The notes: generated by a model from the sequence alone, not told the origin. A stretch of 64,000 bases of DNA from Octopus vulgaris (GCA_951406725.2 OX597828.1:5146001-5210000); one strand, 5' to 3'; shown: positions 14,195-28,841, numbered from the stretch's first letter. Program-made: numbers and translations.

Positions 14195-15260
14195 ACCAAT
14201 GATTTTTCATCTATCGCGTAGACTTGCAAGGCCCCTCTTCTAAAATTCCATGAATATGTGTGTGTGTGTGTCTTTCTCTTTGTTGAGCGCTCTGAAGTAA
14301 AGCCAAGTTCTTTTGTATATAAATATGTATAAAAATATATGCGTGTGTCTTTATATGTGTGTGTGTGCGCGTGAGTGTGTGTGTGTGCGTGAGTGTATGT
14401 GTGTGAGCGTGTGTGTGCCTGCGGTGTTTCACAAAAGTAATTTCACAAAAGTAATTCTCCAGTACTGTTCTGACCTCGTCTACAGGATTCATATTTTTTC
14501 CATCCAAATGATTTTGAAAACTGCGGAATAAATGACAATCAGACGGGGCAATGATACAATCAGATGGTGGGTGGGGCATCATTTCCCATTCAAGCTGCTC
14601 AAGCCTTTGGAATATCATCCACGATGTATTTGACCGAGAATTATCTTGATTGAAGAATAACTTTCTTTTGAAACCAAAAATTGTCGTTTTCCTTCTAACT
14701 CTGACCTAAGCCGCTCACGCTGCTCATAGTAGATCTGCTTTGTTACCTTTTGGTTTAGGCTTAAAAGTTAAGAGTGGACTAAACCTTTCATATCCCACCA
14801 AACACCTTACGTGCGTGAAGATCTTCTTTAGCCTGGGGTGCTTACCCACTGTCTCCTTTCCCTACACACTGTCCTTTCCCTACGCACGGTCCTTTCCCTA
14901 TCCACTGTCTTCAGCGCATGGCACTTTTGTAGACCATTTTTGAGACCATTTCTCGTTACCAGTCACTATTCGGTCCAAATAATGTTTATTCGTCAGACGT
15001 GACTGCAAAGTAGATTAGACATTCACTCTCTGCGCGCGATTAGTCTTGGAAAATTTGTGAGGAACCGTTGACCCAATTTGCTGTCCATGAATGGTTGAAT
15101 GACCAAATCCAATTGAATGACCAATTCTATGCTAGTTCCTCCACATATACGACAGGGTTCTGCTTGAGGAACTCATCGTTGAGCTCTACAGATTTTCCAG
15201 AACGAGAATCGTCTATTAGGCTATAGTTTCCGGCTCGGAATTTCTGGAACGAATGCAGGT
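14195..15260 (-). mobile_element. Degraded mariner copy related to 4574-5861
   Basis: Minus-strand peptides FQKFRAGNYSLIDDSRSGKSVEL, VTGNEKW and LEWEMMPHPP..IAPSDCHLFRSFQNHLDGK. Interrupted by an inverted local copy at 14247-14435. Confidence 0.9.
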
Positions 15261-16619
15261 AGTTTAACCCGTTCCCTCCGACGTTTAGTTCATCGCAATT
15301 GAAAGAAAAACGCTTTATTTCTGGGATGACGCAATATGATATTAATGACACAAATGCGGAATACTCAAGCATTACGCCATATTGCTTCATAAAATTTTCC
15401 CAAAATTGAAACGGTAATCATTTTAGAGTGTAACATTAATTGTAGTGTGAATGGGACATGGTAACCATAAATGGTAAATAAGCTTCAAGATGGATAATTA
15501 TCTAAGTACGATAACATGTTAATACAGTCTAATATAGAAAGCCCATGAAAATTGTAGCTGGGTAAGATCAAGAAATGAATGTTTGAAAACTTGAATTTGG
15601 TCAATAAATATAAAATGTTCAGTATTATCTTTACTTGCAAATATGATTTATTTTCAATACAATCTATGAATATTTATCAAACTAGTAGTGTGGCATTTCT
15701 ATCGGAAATTAATCTGAAATTAGGGTGCACAATAGTATCAAGCAAAATTTATTTCTAAATGTGAATTTTCAAACAATGATATAACTATTGGTTCTAGATT
15801 TTTTTGCTTCCTTTCAGTTAATTAATTAATAATTTTTTAAAATTAATTTGACGAAGTTCAAGATTTCCTAAATTTCTTGACGTTAACTCAACTATCTCCT
15901 TTCTAATCATGTTTCAGTTCCTTTGAGAACACGTTCTACAGAAGAAATGAAGAGACTAGCCTGGCAGTGTTTCACTGAAGAGCAGAATGAACTCATTTAT
16001 TGCATCCTTGCGTGTTCTTAACAAGCCTAATAGCGTAAGGTTGCGTAGTATGAAGTGGATAAGCTATAAGGACAAGATTATCAGCATAGGCAAGATCTGA
16101 GAAATGCATATTGTGCTGGCAGTTTTATCACTTCTAATAATCATGAAGCTTTTGATTAGACGGCATCAATCTTTGCCTAATGATATAGACTACCACAATT
16201 ACAAAGTGAGATGAAGCATTTTGCTGGATCCTTATAGTGGGAAACATTCTGTTTCGACTACACCTCTTTGCAACAAACGTAATTGCATGACATAAATTAT
16301 ATCGACGGCTTTGATGATCTCATCTAGCATATAGCATTTCAACAGAATATATAATATACCTCTTCGGATGATATCTTCAAAAGCATAGAGAAATCCACAA
16401 ATTTAATTTACATGCACACTCTGCTCGCTTCTACATATTTCCTAAGGGTAAAGATGTGTAGTAAGGTTGATCTAGATTTGTGAAGGGCATTTCGATCCGT
16501 TTCAATGTGGTTTTAAAACAAACGTAAAATCTTTTGCGTCGAGTTGAAGGTTTTGCAATGTGTTGGAAACTTATTTACTTTATTCGTCAAATTACAACAA
16601 AAACACCCTAGAGGTCAAA

Positions 16620-17200
16620 GTGGAAGTCATCTTGTTGCATCATCTGATGTCACTTTTCTGCCATTTCTTTGATGCCACGCTGATATTAGTTATTGTCTTG
16701 CGAGGCGAAGAGCTTCACTGAAGCTTCTGTCTTTACTTGATTGATGAAGCTTCGCGAGGGCAAGAAGTGAGCCATAAATCAGATCAAATAATAATCTTAA
16801 GGAGCTAGGTTCTCGCTATATCCTAGGTGCGGCATCAGTTCGATTCCCTCAAGTTTCTGAACTTTATTCCTGATCATTCGATTGGTAGGATGTCTTGCGT
16901 TGTCTTACTCAGAAGAGTTCGATTTTTTTAAACTATCGCCGGGTTGTTTTGCAGCATAATGTTATGTGCCCATTTCTGCTGTTGGAATACAGGTTGGCAT
17001 CGATAGTTCGACCGTCCAGAAGTAACTCGTAGTGAATTATCCTCTCATAATGCTTTCAGACACAAAGCATCACCTTCTGTTCAAACTACCGAAAGCTGGC
17101 CCTTTATTTAGCCACTAATTATGTACGTTAAGAATGTGGAAAAATACCTTCCTCGGATTTCATGGACAAAAGTTCGTGAAAAGCAAAACATATCTGCAAC
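16620..17200 (-). mobile_element. Old mariner transposase fragment (different family)
   Basis: Minus strand KVQKLEGIELMPHLGYSENLAP*DY and RGIKEMAEK resemble the YSPDLAPSDY region and C-terminus. Confidence 0.65.
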
Positions 17201-17397
17201 ACAGGTTTCGACTTGTTTATTCATGATCCTGATTTAATAAACAATATTTTTGTTCTTGGAATTAGTGTATCGGTTAAAGATATGCATTTAGAGCATTGCT
17301 AGTAAATATTTTGGATATATACAAGCTGAAGAATCATATAATCTAATTCAATAGTTGAACAAGTCATTATGAAATTTAAAGATCTACCAAACTCTAA

Positions 17398-17556
17398 ATG
17401 GGTAGTGACTGAGTGGTAAGACGTTTGCTTCGTAACAACAAGGTTCTGGGTTCAGTCTCACTTCGTAGCACCTTGAGCAGGTGTTTTCTACTTGAGACCC
17501 GGGCCGACCACAGCCATGTGAGTGGATTTGGTACGCGGAAATTGAAAGAAGACCAA
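17398..17556 (+). mobile_element. SINE family A, 5' part
   Basis: GTGGTAAG...GGGTTCAGTC...GTGGATTTGGTACGCGGAAATTGAAAGAAG. Confidence 0.8.
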
Positions 17557-17577
17557 TGTGTATATATATATGTAATT

Positions 17578-17750
17578 AATCCAAACATGAAAACACAAAG
17601 AGAAAGCACAACAACGTGGAAGAAATATAGTGTTATTGGACGCTCAGGAAAGGAGAGAAAGAAGATTTAACGTTTCGAGCGGAGCTCTTTGTCACAAACA
17701 TAGGAAAAGGAAAGATCCAAGGAAGGGAAGATGGAGGAAAAAAATCTCCA
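17578..17750 (-). mobile_element. Penelope terminal repeat fragment with decayed hammerhead (related to 7060-7196)
   Basis: Minus strand TTT-GTGACAA-A-GAGC-TCC-GCTC-GAAACGTT-AAA at 17666-17698, followed by TTCCTGAGCG as in the 7.1 kb copy (TTCCTGAACG). Confidence 0.6.
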
Positions 17751-17773
17751 ACTATATATATATATATATATAT

Positions 17774-18297
17774 ATCGTGACGTATATTTGCCCTTTGAAT
17801 ATGGTTAACCCGTAAGGGTGGATGCTACTGTAGTTTGTAGCCCCAGGAAGACACCTCCTCCAGCTGGCTATAGACATACTTTCTGTGGCCTATCAGTATT
17901 TGTGAAGGGAAGTCATCCTTCCCGTCTTCAACTTATGATACACACGGACTCGAGTTTCAAGATATTGACCTATCATCGGCGTGTGACAATCATAGTTGTC
18001 GACGAGAAGTGAGTTTCCCTCACAAATACAAATCCTGTTTCCAGTATCGATTGACACTGATATTGAAAAAGTGAAATCAAACAATGATAAAGCGAGTTAT
18101 AAACAGTAGCGGTAACACATCGTGACGTATATTTGCCATTTGAATATGGCTAACCCCTGAGGGTGGATGCTACTGTAGTTTTTAGCCCCAGGAAGACACC
18201 TCCTCCAGCTGGCTATAGACACACTTTCTGTGCCCTATCAGTATTTGTGAAGGCAAGTCATCCTTCCCGTCTTCAACTTATGATACACACGGACTCG
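17774..18297 (-). repeat. 1.5 tandem units (345 bp period) carrying a type I hammerhead
   Basis: 17774-17952 is nearly identical to 18119-18297. HHR on the minus strand at 17941-17985. Confidence 0.85.
17941..17985 (-). ncRNA. Minimal type I hammerhead ribozyme (U4C core, GUC site)
   Basis: CACACG-CCGATGA-T-AGG-TCAATA-TCT-T-GAAAC-TCGA-GTC-CGTGTG: perfect 6 bp stem I and palindromic stem III ACTCGAGT. Confidence 0.8.
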
Positions 18298-18712
18298 GAA
18301 GATTCTGGAAGGACTGGTACCAAACTTTGAAATAAAAAGCTATATCAGACTACGAACAGGATGTCACTGTGCTGTCCCCCACTATAACGACTGCTTCATC
18401 TCTTCAAGGACGATGTACTGCAATAGCTTGGGTTTAAAGCGCCCACAGCTGTTTAACTCTCTGCCGAAGTATCTGAGGAGCCTGCATGCAGTAGATGTAG
18501 ACGTTTCCAAACGTGAACTTGACCTCTGGCTCGCCGAGATCCCGGAGGAGCCAATATCTAAGCAAAAAACTCAAAAGAGGGCAGTAACTTCGAGCTCCAT
18601 CCTTCACCAAAAACCGCTCCGACAAAGGTGGAAAGTGGAAATATGATCACAATGGCGGTGCTCCAGCATGGCCAAAGTCATTGGACTTAAACATATAAAA
18701 GAATAAAAGAAT
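18298..18712 (+). mobile_element. 3' end of a CR1/L2-group LINE
   Basis: Peptides KILEGLVPN and PQLFNSLPKYLR...KRELDLWLAEIPEEP are typical of the ORF2 C-terminus. Tail GGCGGTGCTCCAGCATGGCC then (AAAGAATA) repeats. Confidence 0.7.
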
Positions 18713-21700
18713 ACATATATACACCGAGAGAGAGAGAGAGAGATATAGAAAGAGGGTGAGTGAGTGAGAGGGGGAGAGATAGTCACATGCATACACACAT
18801 ACATATTGGAAAATTAACACAAATATACAAACCAATCAATTCCAAAATAAGATCAGAAAGTTTAAAATATAATTATATTGTAGTTTAAAATCTATTCGTG
18901 AATATTTTCTAATTCCTTATAAGATAGAATACAATAATATATTAGTAGAAATGTTCAAATAAATCAGTGTACAACGTTCTTTTTCTGACTGATGCAATAA
19001 TTGCTTTACAAGAGTCTTTTTTTTTATGAAATTCTTCAGATACGCAAAGCATGTATGTAATCTTGCTGCAACTACTGACTGGTAAATTAGCACAGTTACA
19101 ATTGCATGCAATATCGACATTTATGTGATAGTCATGTACTCTAAATAATAAATAACAAGAGATATTAAGTAATGAACACACGCAACACTGCATGTATATG
19201 AAGATATTCATACACACTATTGATATAATGCATATTTTCGCATGTGTGTGTATAATTATATGTGTGTAACATTCAAATATGTTTGCACATATAGTAATCC
19301 AGAATATGCATTGGTACATTTATATAATTACCGTTTCTAATATCACACACAATCATGAATTCAAGTAGTTGCTTTTTTGCCGATACCCATGCTTTCCTTT
19401 TTTTAATTTTTCTACTCTTTTTTAATCTGTTGTTTTTTTTCTGAATCCTAGATCATGCGTTCTTTCGTGATCCAAAAAATTGTCTGTTGTCTTCAGCCAA
19501 AAGAATGAACAAGAGACAAGCAAACATTTAATTGAATCGATTCACAGTAAATACTGACGTGATTATACCGAAGTGAATTGACATCAATAATCAGTATTAA
19601 ATGTTTTAAAAGTGGTCGCTCTTAATTCATGTTTTCTCAATGTCGCATGCTTTGCTCCATGTTTTATGTCTAGAGATGGTTTAAACGTATTAACCCTATA
19701 TTTTCCTATGTCAAATTTGGACATCGATTTACTACACTTTTCTTATGCCGAAAGCCCAGAAAATTGTCGATATACATATTTCTGGAGTAAATAATTAATA
19801 TTCCAATTTTCTATAGATTTCTGTGACAAACACTCCAGACTAGAGTTAATCTCCTTGATCGAGCTTGGATAGATTTATTTTAATTCACTTACGTTGTAAA
19901 TGCTCTTTGATAATCAATGAACAGTATGACTAGTTTCCTTATTCGTCTGAAGTCAAAACAGCGAATAACCAATATTGTTATGATTTCGCTTACGAGACTA
20001 TATCAAAAACAATTGATAAATAATTTATCAGTTTGTATATTCAATAGTGTTCGTAATTGGACCAACAGAATCTTTGGAGATTGTTCACAGCGTGTTTTGA
20101 ATGAATCATGCGTGACGCCATTTGCATTCATTTCTCTATTTTATGTTGCGGACGATTTTATCCTAAAATATTTCCATCCATTGATCTCCGAATCCGTATT
20201 GACTTCAGAAATGAATAAACTAGGGAATATATTACGTTCGTTATGATTTCAAATACACTACTGAGGCATATAAATCGGAATACCTACAATAAAATCATTG
20301 ATTGACCTTAGTAACTAACATAGAGCAATCTTCTTTTTTAAATGGTGAAATAATCATACAGTATTTAGTAACGTCTCTTATAAGCTGTCAAATTTGTGGA
20401 AATAAGTTTACCATTCGTTCGACTGGAATATTCTGACTACAATTGATTAGAAGACATACATATTAAGAGATTGAACATGACAGCTATGCTCCTAAACACG
20501 ATGAGTGATGACAAGCCTAGATTATTTCCATTGAGTTTCTACTAAACCCGCTATAGACCATTGACAAGTGTTTCGTGTACATGTGTACTGTATGACATAT
20601 AACTCATTTTGTTTCACTGCTGGATACGTGGTTCTTCAGCCTTTCTTTTTCGTTAAAGCAGTTGAGAGTGACACAAATGTTATAGTATATTATTTCACAG
20701 ATTAATCTAAAGCTCTAAAGCCTTTTTTTAAATTTCTATCTTCAAGATCCTTATACACACAATATCTAAGTCGCGCATTAGTAATTGGTTATTTTTTTTT
20801 TATTATTTACAGTAAAATAAATGTCAATTTCAATGCTGACATTTCAGCAACCAGGCTATTGAAATGAAAATGTTTTGAAGTTGGATAATTTGGATATAAA
20901 ATATTCATTGATCATATTTAAAAATATCATCGTCTGGTCTTTTAATAAATATAGTTTACTCTTCCACACAAGTAATCGATCCATGAATTATTTCATTTTT
21001 ATTTTTACTGTACGACTCGTCGTCTTCAGTTTTGATTCTTATTTTAGTGAAATCATTCAATAGAATTACCAAAGACTTAAATTTTTTTATGAATGAAATT
21101 TTTGAACATTATATTTTTTATTAGGTTTAAATGTGCAGTATCAGAAATATATTAAGAATATTAGTAATAATATTGTAATTTCTGAACAAATTAATATCGT
21201 CGTTCACAAAATTATCAAAGAGCACACCTGTTCGATTGTTTACATTGTCTCTATTACTTTAAAATATTCTGCTTGATTTTGCCAGTAAAATTTGCTGATA
21301 TCTACCCTGTTACGTTTTAAATATTTATATTTTTAAATGCTAATGTCAAATAAAACAGAATTACATCCAACGCAATCATCGTAATATGATATTTAAATAT
21401 ATTTAAGGAAAGAGAAGTAACTAGAAAAAACAGTGTCGACTCTATAATTGTGCTGCAATTTAACCTAAAATATTATTTTCTTGTATGTTCGTATATTATC
21501 TGCTTGCACTTCGTGTTTAGTCTTTTAGTACACCATAGTGAAAGAGTAATATGCATAGGAACATTCTATTGATTTTCTAGAGTATAAGTTAAATTGAAAC
21601 CAGTGTATATATTGGCGGAATGCAGGAACATTTCTGCATAATATTATTAATGTTTTCATCATCATGCTTTCATCACATCGAATGTTCATTTCAGAATTAC

Positions 21701-24700
21701 TGAGGAGAAATGTCGCTTAAAAACTAACAAACCGACGAAGCAAACAGTATGTGGTTGATAACCAAGTAGAAGGTGTAGCTACGTCCCTTCTCGAATTACA
21801 TTCCTTCCGTCTTCGCAGAGAAAAGAAAATTTGGTACGCTGTATAATAACAAAACCATGAAAAATACCCATCGACAAACCATAAGAAATATCTAACTGAA
21901 ACCACTTTTTATCTAACTGAAACCGCTCATTCAGCCGAATTACTGCTTAAAAAATAATGGGACCCTGCACTGGAACTGAATCTAGATTGGAACCACGAAA
22001 GACATTCTTATTTTATATAATGTATGACACTTAAGAATTTTCAATATACAATCAGCTATATTTCTCTTCACAATTATCTGATCTTAATATTTAAAGTTCC
22101 GTCCTCTGCAAGAGAGCGTTAACAAAAATTCAAATGTTGTAGAACACTCGTGATGACTTCTGTGCAAAATCAATGAAAACCTGCACTAAGCATTACATAT
22201 ATCTTAAAACGTTTCGCAATGGAAGGAAATTTCATCAAACGTTAATTTAGCTTATCGCAAAGAGTATAAAATCTAACTATTCAGAATTTTCCTCTTGAAT
22301 GAAAAACAGAAACATTCGAAGACATCGTTGACTTTCTTGTAAATATATAAAGAGAAATGTTCAGAACTGCAAACTTGATACTTCTTCAGACGCAGTCCCT
22401 CAAAATTTCGATTCCAAACTTTACTAGATCCTCTACTGAATTTCAATTGCATATGGATATTGTTGAAAATCTGATGCCTCTAAAAATTATGAGATTAGGC
22501 TGTATATAAATACGTCACCTTTGAGATATCCAAGCAGCTTACAAATTCCACTTTAATTCTCATTTCTTCTTGTTTGATTCAAATAATCAATTTTTCCCAC
22601 CCAAATGAATTCTATTTGGTTAAGAAAATAAGTACCAGGGTTATACATTCAAAATATGCTTTCAGTTCTAATGAAATCGTATCACGCTTGCTCCACTATT
22701 TAAATTTTATGAAACTGGGTATCACGTCATCCCGCTTAATCTTTTGATAATACGCGTATTCATAACAATACATTTATTACAAACAAAAAAGTTACATTGT
22801 TTGCTTTCACCCTTCTTGAAATTTTAAATTATTATGTAGTATCACATAGCATGATATCATAAATACCTGTTATATAACAGTGTATAATCTTCTTCCAAAA
22901 TGTTGATATTTTGAGTACGAATATAACATTTTTCACGTAAATACAAAATAAAAGAGAAAACAAAAACCTTTTCCTTTCCAATAATTTGATACATTTGCGT
23001 CCAAAATATTAAACAAAGTCCTCAATATTATATATTTGTGTATGCTGCATTGCATAAAAGATTAGCTGTTACAGTGCAAGCTCATTCCGCAGGATGGAAG
23101 TTTAGTCTTCATAAAAGTCTTGTCCACTATAAATTTCTTAACGCGAAACGTATATTCTCTTTGACTTACACATTCATTTATTTCTATTTAACATGAAATT
23201 TCATATTATGGTAACATTCCCAGGAATGTAACGTTTCCATGACTTAGGGAATGCCACTGTTTTCCTTTTGTATAAACACTTTTCACTTCTCTGTAAATAG
23301 GAAATTCATATATTTGTAATTTGTACAGAAATTCAATAAATATTAGCAGGAAAATTAATGTGTAGTGCTTTAATTATCTTTGAACTTAGTCATAAATGGT
23401 ATAATAAATATCCAAAATTAATTTTTCCTTTAATTTTGTAGCCATGGAAAATTAGCTGAAAATAACGAATTTTGTAACGAAGCATAAATCATTTAAAGAA
23501 GAAAATATTATTTTTTTAGTTTTTTTTGTACTTTATGAACTTTAAATAGAAAAACAGAAATTCTACATATTATTTACTGACTTAAAAGATTATTCGATGT
23601 GCATATGGTCAGTGTTATATGTATATTTATCGCATTAGAAATGATACGGCTAAAATTATTATATGAATGCATATCATAACCTCTAAAGTAGGGAATAAGG
23701 CTCAATTTGCAACGGTGTATGGTTGTAATAATTTGGTTTAAAAGTAGTTGTGATCAGATAAAAATCTGCTGAGGTCTTCCTAGCGAATATTCTAAGCGCA
23801 CTTTCTTTATATTACATTTAAAAGAGATAAGTATTGATATCTTATGACGTTTGAACAACAAGTTCTTTACATACATTCAATAATTCAACAACATTCTTTT
23901 GCAAACAGTAGTCTTTGACAAAGTTGGACGATATTCGAACAAAGAATCAGGAATTTAGTTGATAAAATAAAATATCCATTCAAGATACAGCATGTAACTA
24001 TAAGATTGAGTTAAGATCTTATAGATTGTATTATTCTGTGAAACAAGATATGTATTCATGTCAAGCATGCGAATTAGTTGTTAGTAGATATCGAATGTTT
24101 TGAATATCTGTGTTTATGAGATTATGTTGTGAAATTATTTAAATAAAATTCAGTTGAATGATATTGCAAGTAATTCTTAATACTAAATATTAATGCTTTG
24201 TATGTAGCCAGCAGACAATACAGGAATAGTGTGAAATAACAGAAAAAATAATTTCATCCGAGTAGTCAGAATCGAAGAGGATTATAGTTAAATAAATTTA
24301 AGCTAAGCCAATATGTAAGAATGATGGTTTGAATTGATTTATTGATTTAAAATGTAAGAAATTTAATTAATACTTATACTGAATATTTGTACAGTTTACT
24401 GAGGAAGAAGTTGCTAAGACTATAACTTTCACTGACTCTACTTGAACAATGATATGTACATACTTTATGTTCAGTTTGAAGACGTAGGGTAGATGACGCT
24501 CTAATCAGTAGCCAGTGGAAGAAAGCGCTTGTTCGTGGAATTGAGGTCTAGTAACATTGAGAATAACGAGAGAACGATAGACATGCTGCTGGAATTTGGG
24601 TGGAGATGATGCTTAAGTAGGATTTCTGAGAGAATCGATTGCAGTACAACGTTTAGATCAGACCAGATGATTACGGTATACAATATGTTTGCATATTAAG

Positions 24701-24885
24701 CATTAATTCCAGGTGTAAGACAAGTATACTATTGCGTATATTACTTAAGTTTCGTAATGACCCATCGGTTTATTGTAAACTGAAGTATTTTCTTGAATTG
24801 TGTTATTGTCGTGTAGTATTTATTATGCTGTCAATGTGTGAACACTAGAAAAAGATTATCAAATCTTAACATTTGTAGCCATAGA

Positions 24886-25048
24886 CGCCGGTGTGGGTAT
24901 GTGGTAAGAAGCTTGCCTCCCAACCACACGGTTTCATGTTCAGCCCCACTGCATGGTATTTGGTATTTTGGGCAAGTATCTTCTATAGCCTCAGGCCGAC
25001 CAAATACTTGTGAACGTATTTGGTAGACGGAAACTGAAGGAAGCCGTC

Positions 25049-25050
<2 letters not shown>
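24886..25050 (+). mobile_element. SINE family A, 5' part
   Basis: GTGGTAAGAAGCTTG...TTGGGCAAGTATCTTCT...TTTGGTAGACGGAAACTGAAGGAAGCCGTCG. Confidence 0.85.
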
Positions 25051-25147
<97 letters not shown>

Positions 25148-25449
25148 CACTGGCGAAAATAAATTTAAGATCGATGATAAAAGTTCAATATCTTTCAAAA
25201 TATTTTGTTATTAACACCATAGACATTATTTTTATCGTTTACACATTATGCAGAATTTATTTCTCGCTCGAATGATGCAGACAATAACTATTTTTATACA
25301 ACTTGAAGAATTCTAATGAGGGAACACATACGCCATAGAAACCGGGAAACCAGGTCCATGAGCCTGGCTAGGCTTGAAAAGGTGCATAAATAAAAAATAT
25401 ATAATTTCTCCATCCATTATATATATGTATACAATATGTTTGCATATAA

Positions 25450-26010
25450 GCGCAGGAGTGGCTGTGTGGTAAGTAGCTTGTTTACCAACCACATGGTTCC
25501 GGGTTCAGTCCCACTATAGCCTTGGGCCGACCAAAGCCTTGTGGGTGGATTTGGTAGACGGAAACTGAAAGAAGCCCGTCGTATATATGTATATATATAT
25601 ATGTATGTGTGTGTGTTTGTGTGTCTGTGTTTGTCCCCTTAGCATTGCTTGACAACCGATGCTGGTGTGTTTATGTCCCCGTCAACTAGCGGTTCGGCAA
25701 AAAGAGATCGATAGAATAAGTACTGGGCTTACAAAAGAATAAGTCCCGGGGTCGAGTTGCTCGATTAAAGGCGGTGCTCCAGCATGGCCGCAGTCAAATG
25801 ACTGAAACAAGTATGTGTGTGTGTATAGGTATATGTTTATGCATGGGTGTGCCTTTGTGATTACGTTTGTTCCCCTACCATCACCGATGCTAGTTTGCTT
25901 ACGTCCCCGTAATTCAGTGATTCAGCAAAAGAGACCGATAGAATTAGCACTAGGCTTGCAAGGCAGTGCTGCAGTACAACCACAGTGAAATGACTGCAAG
26001 AAGTAAAGGG
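25450..26010 (+). mobile_element. SINE family A near-complete copy (25450-25813) plus an older 3' half (25850-26010)
   Basis: High similarity to 11930-12306 with a short internal deletion in the head. Confidence 0.9.
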
Positions 26011-26850
26011 ATGCGAAAACATTTAGGCGCAGACAAAAAGGATTGCGAAACAAATGATGTTAGCATAATTTCTCATTATCGACGAAAGTATCAAGGTCCC
26101 GTCTCAGACATGATTCGTATCCTGGGTACTCGCTTCCTTGAATGATGTTTATTAAATTCAAGTTATCATAAAATATTTCATTAGACCTTTAAGTGTCTTT
26201 GAGTGGGAGATTTCCATTTAATGATGAATTTCGTTCGAGCACATGAAAGCACAATACAATATGTATGTATGTGTTTGCGTATGTGTGTGTGTGCGTGCGA
26301 GTGGGTGTGCGTATGTGTGTGTGCGACCGGAGAGAGAGGAGGAATGAAGGAGGTCATCCTGGGAGCTCCTCAGTTTCACGTGTCCGGATGGTGTAATAAA
26401 CGATTGTGAGATCATGCGTGTGTGTACGTACGTGTGTGAATGTTTATGTATGTTTGTGCATGTATGGTTCGTCGGTGGACTATGTTCTCACGTATGAATG
26501 CTTGTGCCCTTGTGCTTTTCTGCGTGCATGTGCGTAATGCATTTGAGGAATAGGTCTAAATTTGTGTATATGTTGTGTGTATTATTGTGGCTGTGTGTCG
26601 CCTTGTGGTGTGTATATGAGCCTGTGTAAATGACTGTCTGCATGCAGGCTTATGATTTTGAACCTACGTATGCATAGTTGTGTATCGAGATGTATACACC
26701 CTACAGAATTGTGCATTAACTTTTCTGGCGGGTGTATAGTATGTATAGTCCTAGCAGTACTTGTGGGCATGTTTGCGGAGGAGATCTTCGAAGCTTAAAT
26801 TAATGTGGAGCTAAACCAATTTGTTTTGAAATGTATATATACACAGAAAC

Positions 26851-26896
<46 letters not shown>

Positions 26897-27239
26897 GAAA
26901 ATGTGTTGCTATATATATATAGATAGATAGATATAGATAGATATATTGATATGTGTGTGCGTGTATCTATATATATAGATGTGAGTGTGTGTGTGTGTGT
27001 GTATGTGAGAAAAGAGAGAGGGGCGAGGAAAATAGAGGAGAGAAGGTAGCTGACTAAATATATGTTGGTATACTAGGATGTATTTTGCAACAAAGATAAC
27101 TGTATGAATAGCTATATGAGAGAACTATACATACTTAGATATAAGCAGGTGGCATCATGGAAATAAAAATAGTCTGTAGCAACTATTTGCAGAGAATCAC
27201 TAAACATTGTTAAATATATTAATATGTATTTGAATACAC

Positions 27240-27321
<82 letters not shown>

Positions 27322-27954
27322 GATCTCTTTAGAGTTGAATGGAAAGTTATTCATACTTGGACCAGCGTTGTGTATTCATTTCAAAAGCAAAGAAAAGCGA
27401 AAAAATAACTACGTATAGGTTTTTACATAAATACACACACACACACGCACACACATGCATAATACATACATACATGCATACATACGTGCATATTATACAC
27501 ACACACAAACACTTATGTAGTTATACATGTATGTATTCTTCTGTACCTACACAGTAACTAAAAATATATGTATGAAATTTTTCAATTCAATCCATCTAAT
27601 ATACAAAATATTCATTCCTGACTCAATAGAGACAGGTTTAACAAGTGACGTCGGCAAAATAACATAAATTGATTTTTCTTGTTTACCGAACGTCTAAGCT
27701 ACGTGAATGAAAATTATGTCAAGTTTAAAATGCAACAAAAACGAATAACAAATAAATTCAAACTCATTTAGACGGGAATTATCCATCGGAGCATTCTCTC
27801 GCACACACTTCTTCTTTTCTCCATGCAAGACGTTACATTAATATAATGGTTCCTATATACATGTATAGACACATATATACACACACATCTGCACACATAC
27901 ATATATATTGGAACAGAGGAGAAAAAATAAATACGCACACATACACGCATATAC

Positions 27955-28032
<78 letters not shown>

Positions 28033-28841
28033 TGTATGTATGTATGTATGTATGTATGTATATCCCTACGAGAGTAAGTTCATTTCTAATATAGGTTTTC
28101 TTAAACATTTGTATATATCTTTAGTGTTGTCGGATAAAATATAAACCTATGAAAATACACCAACGCATGAAATAAAATTTTCGGTAATAGTTTCCCGCAA
28201 TATTACAATAGGGCACCCTTTGAAGCTTAATAGCATAGCAGACCAGTCGGTAGCTAGCGGTTTAGTTATAGTAGACAGAGCAGAATTCGAGGGTAAGAGA
28301 AATACTTTTAGAAATTTTAATCACACTAGCACGACATCGTTTTCAGCATTTCATTAGTGCCATTTCATTAGTGCGGTCAAATCAGAGACAGGTTTGGACA
28401 ACAAGGGTTTGCTAAGGATGATCAATGGCAGTGCATGGTCTACGACAGTACTTTTATTTGCTCTGGGATTTACAGAGATTAGCGATAGCCGCAAAGATAT
28501 TGTTTTGATCTGACGTCTAGCCATCTTTATAGTTATTCGTTTGTAAAATGTGCAAAAAATGCAATCTGTAACATACGCACTAATGCGGACATGTAAAATA
28601 ATTTATAATGCTCTATAATAACTTATTTTTGCATTATGTTGGCTGCGAAACGGCCGTCATCCTATATTCTATATACTCCTCATGAAGTAATCTTCACTGA
28701 TTGGATTTGCCGGATTTCAACTGCATAGGACAATACATCAGATTCCTATGTATTAGCTTACTATATGATTTGTAGCTTGGTTCACTAAAGAAATATTTTG
28801 TGATTACCACAGGATTACATAAATCCAAATATATATACGTA

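Noticed and set aside
19600-20400. Possible decayed Penelope RT on the minus strand (YRQFSG)
   Set aside because: A single weak motif; needs a profile search.
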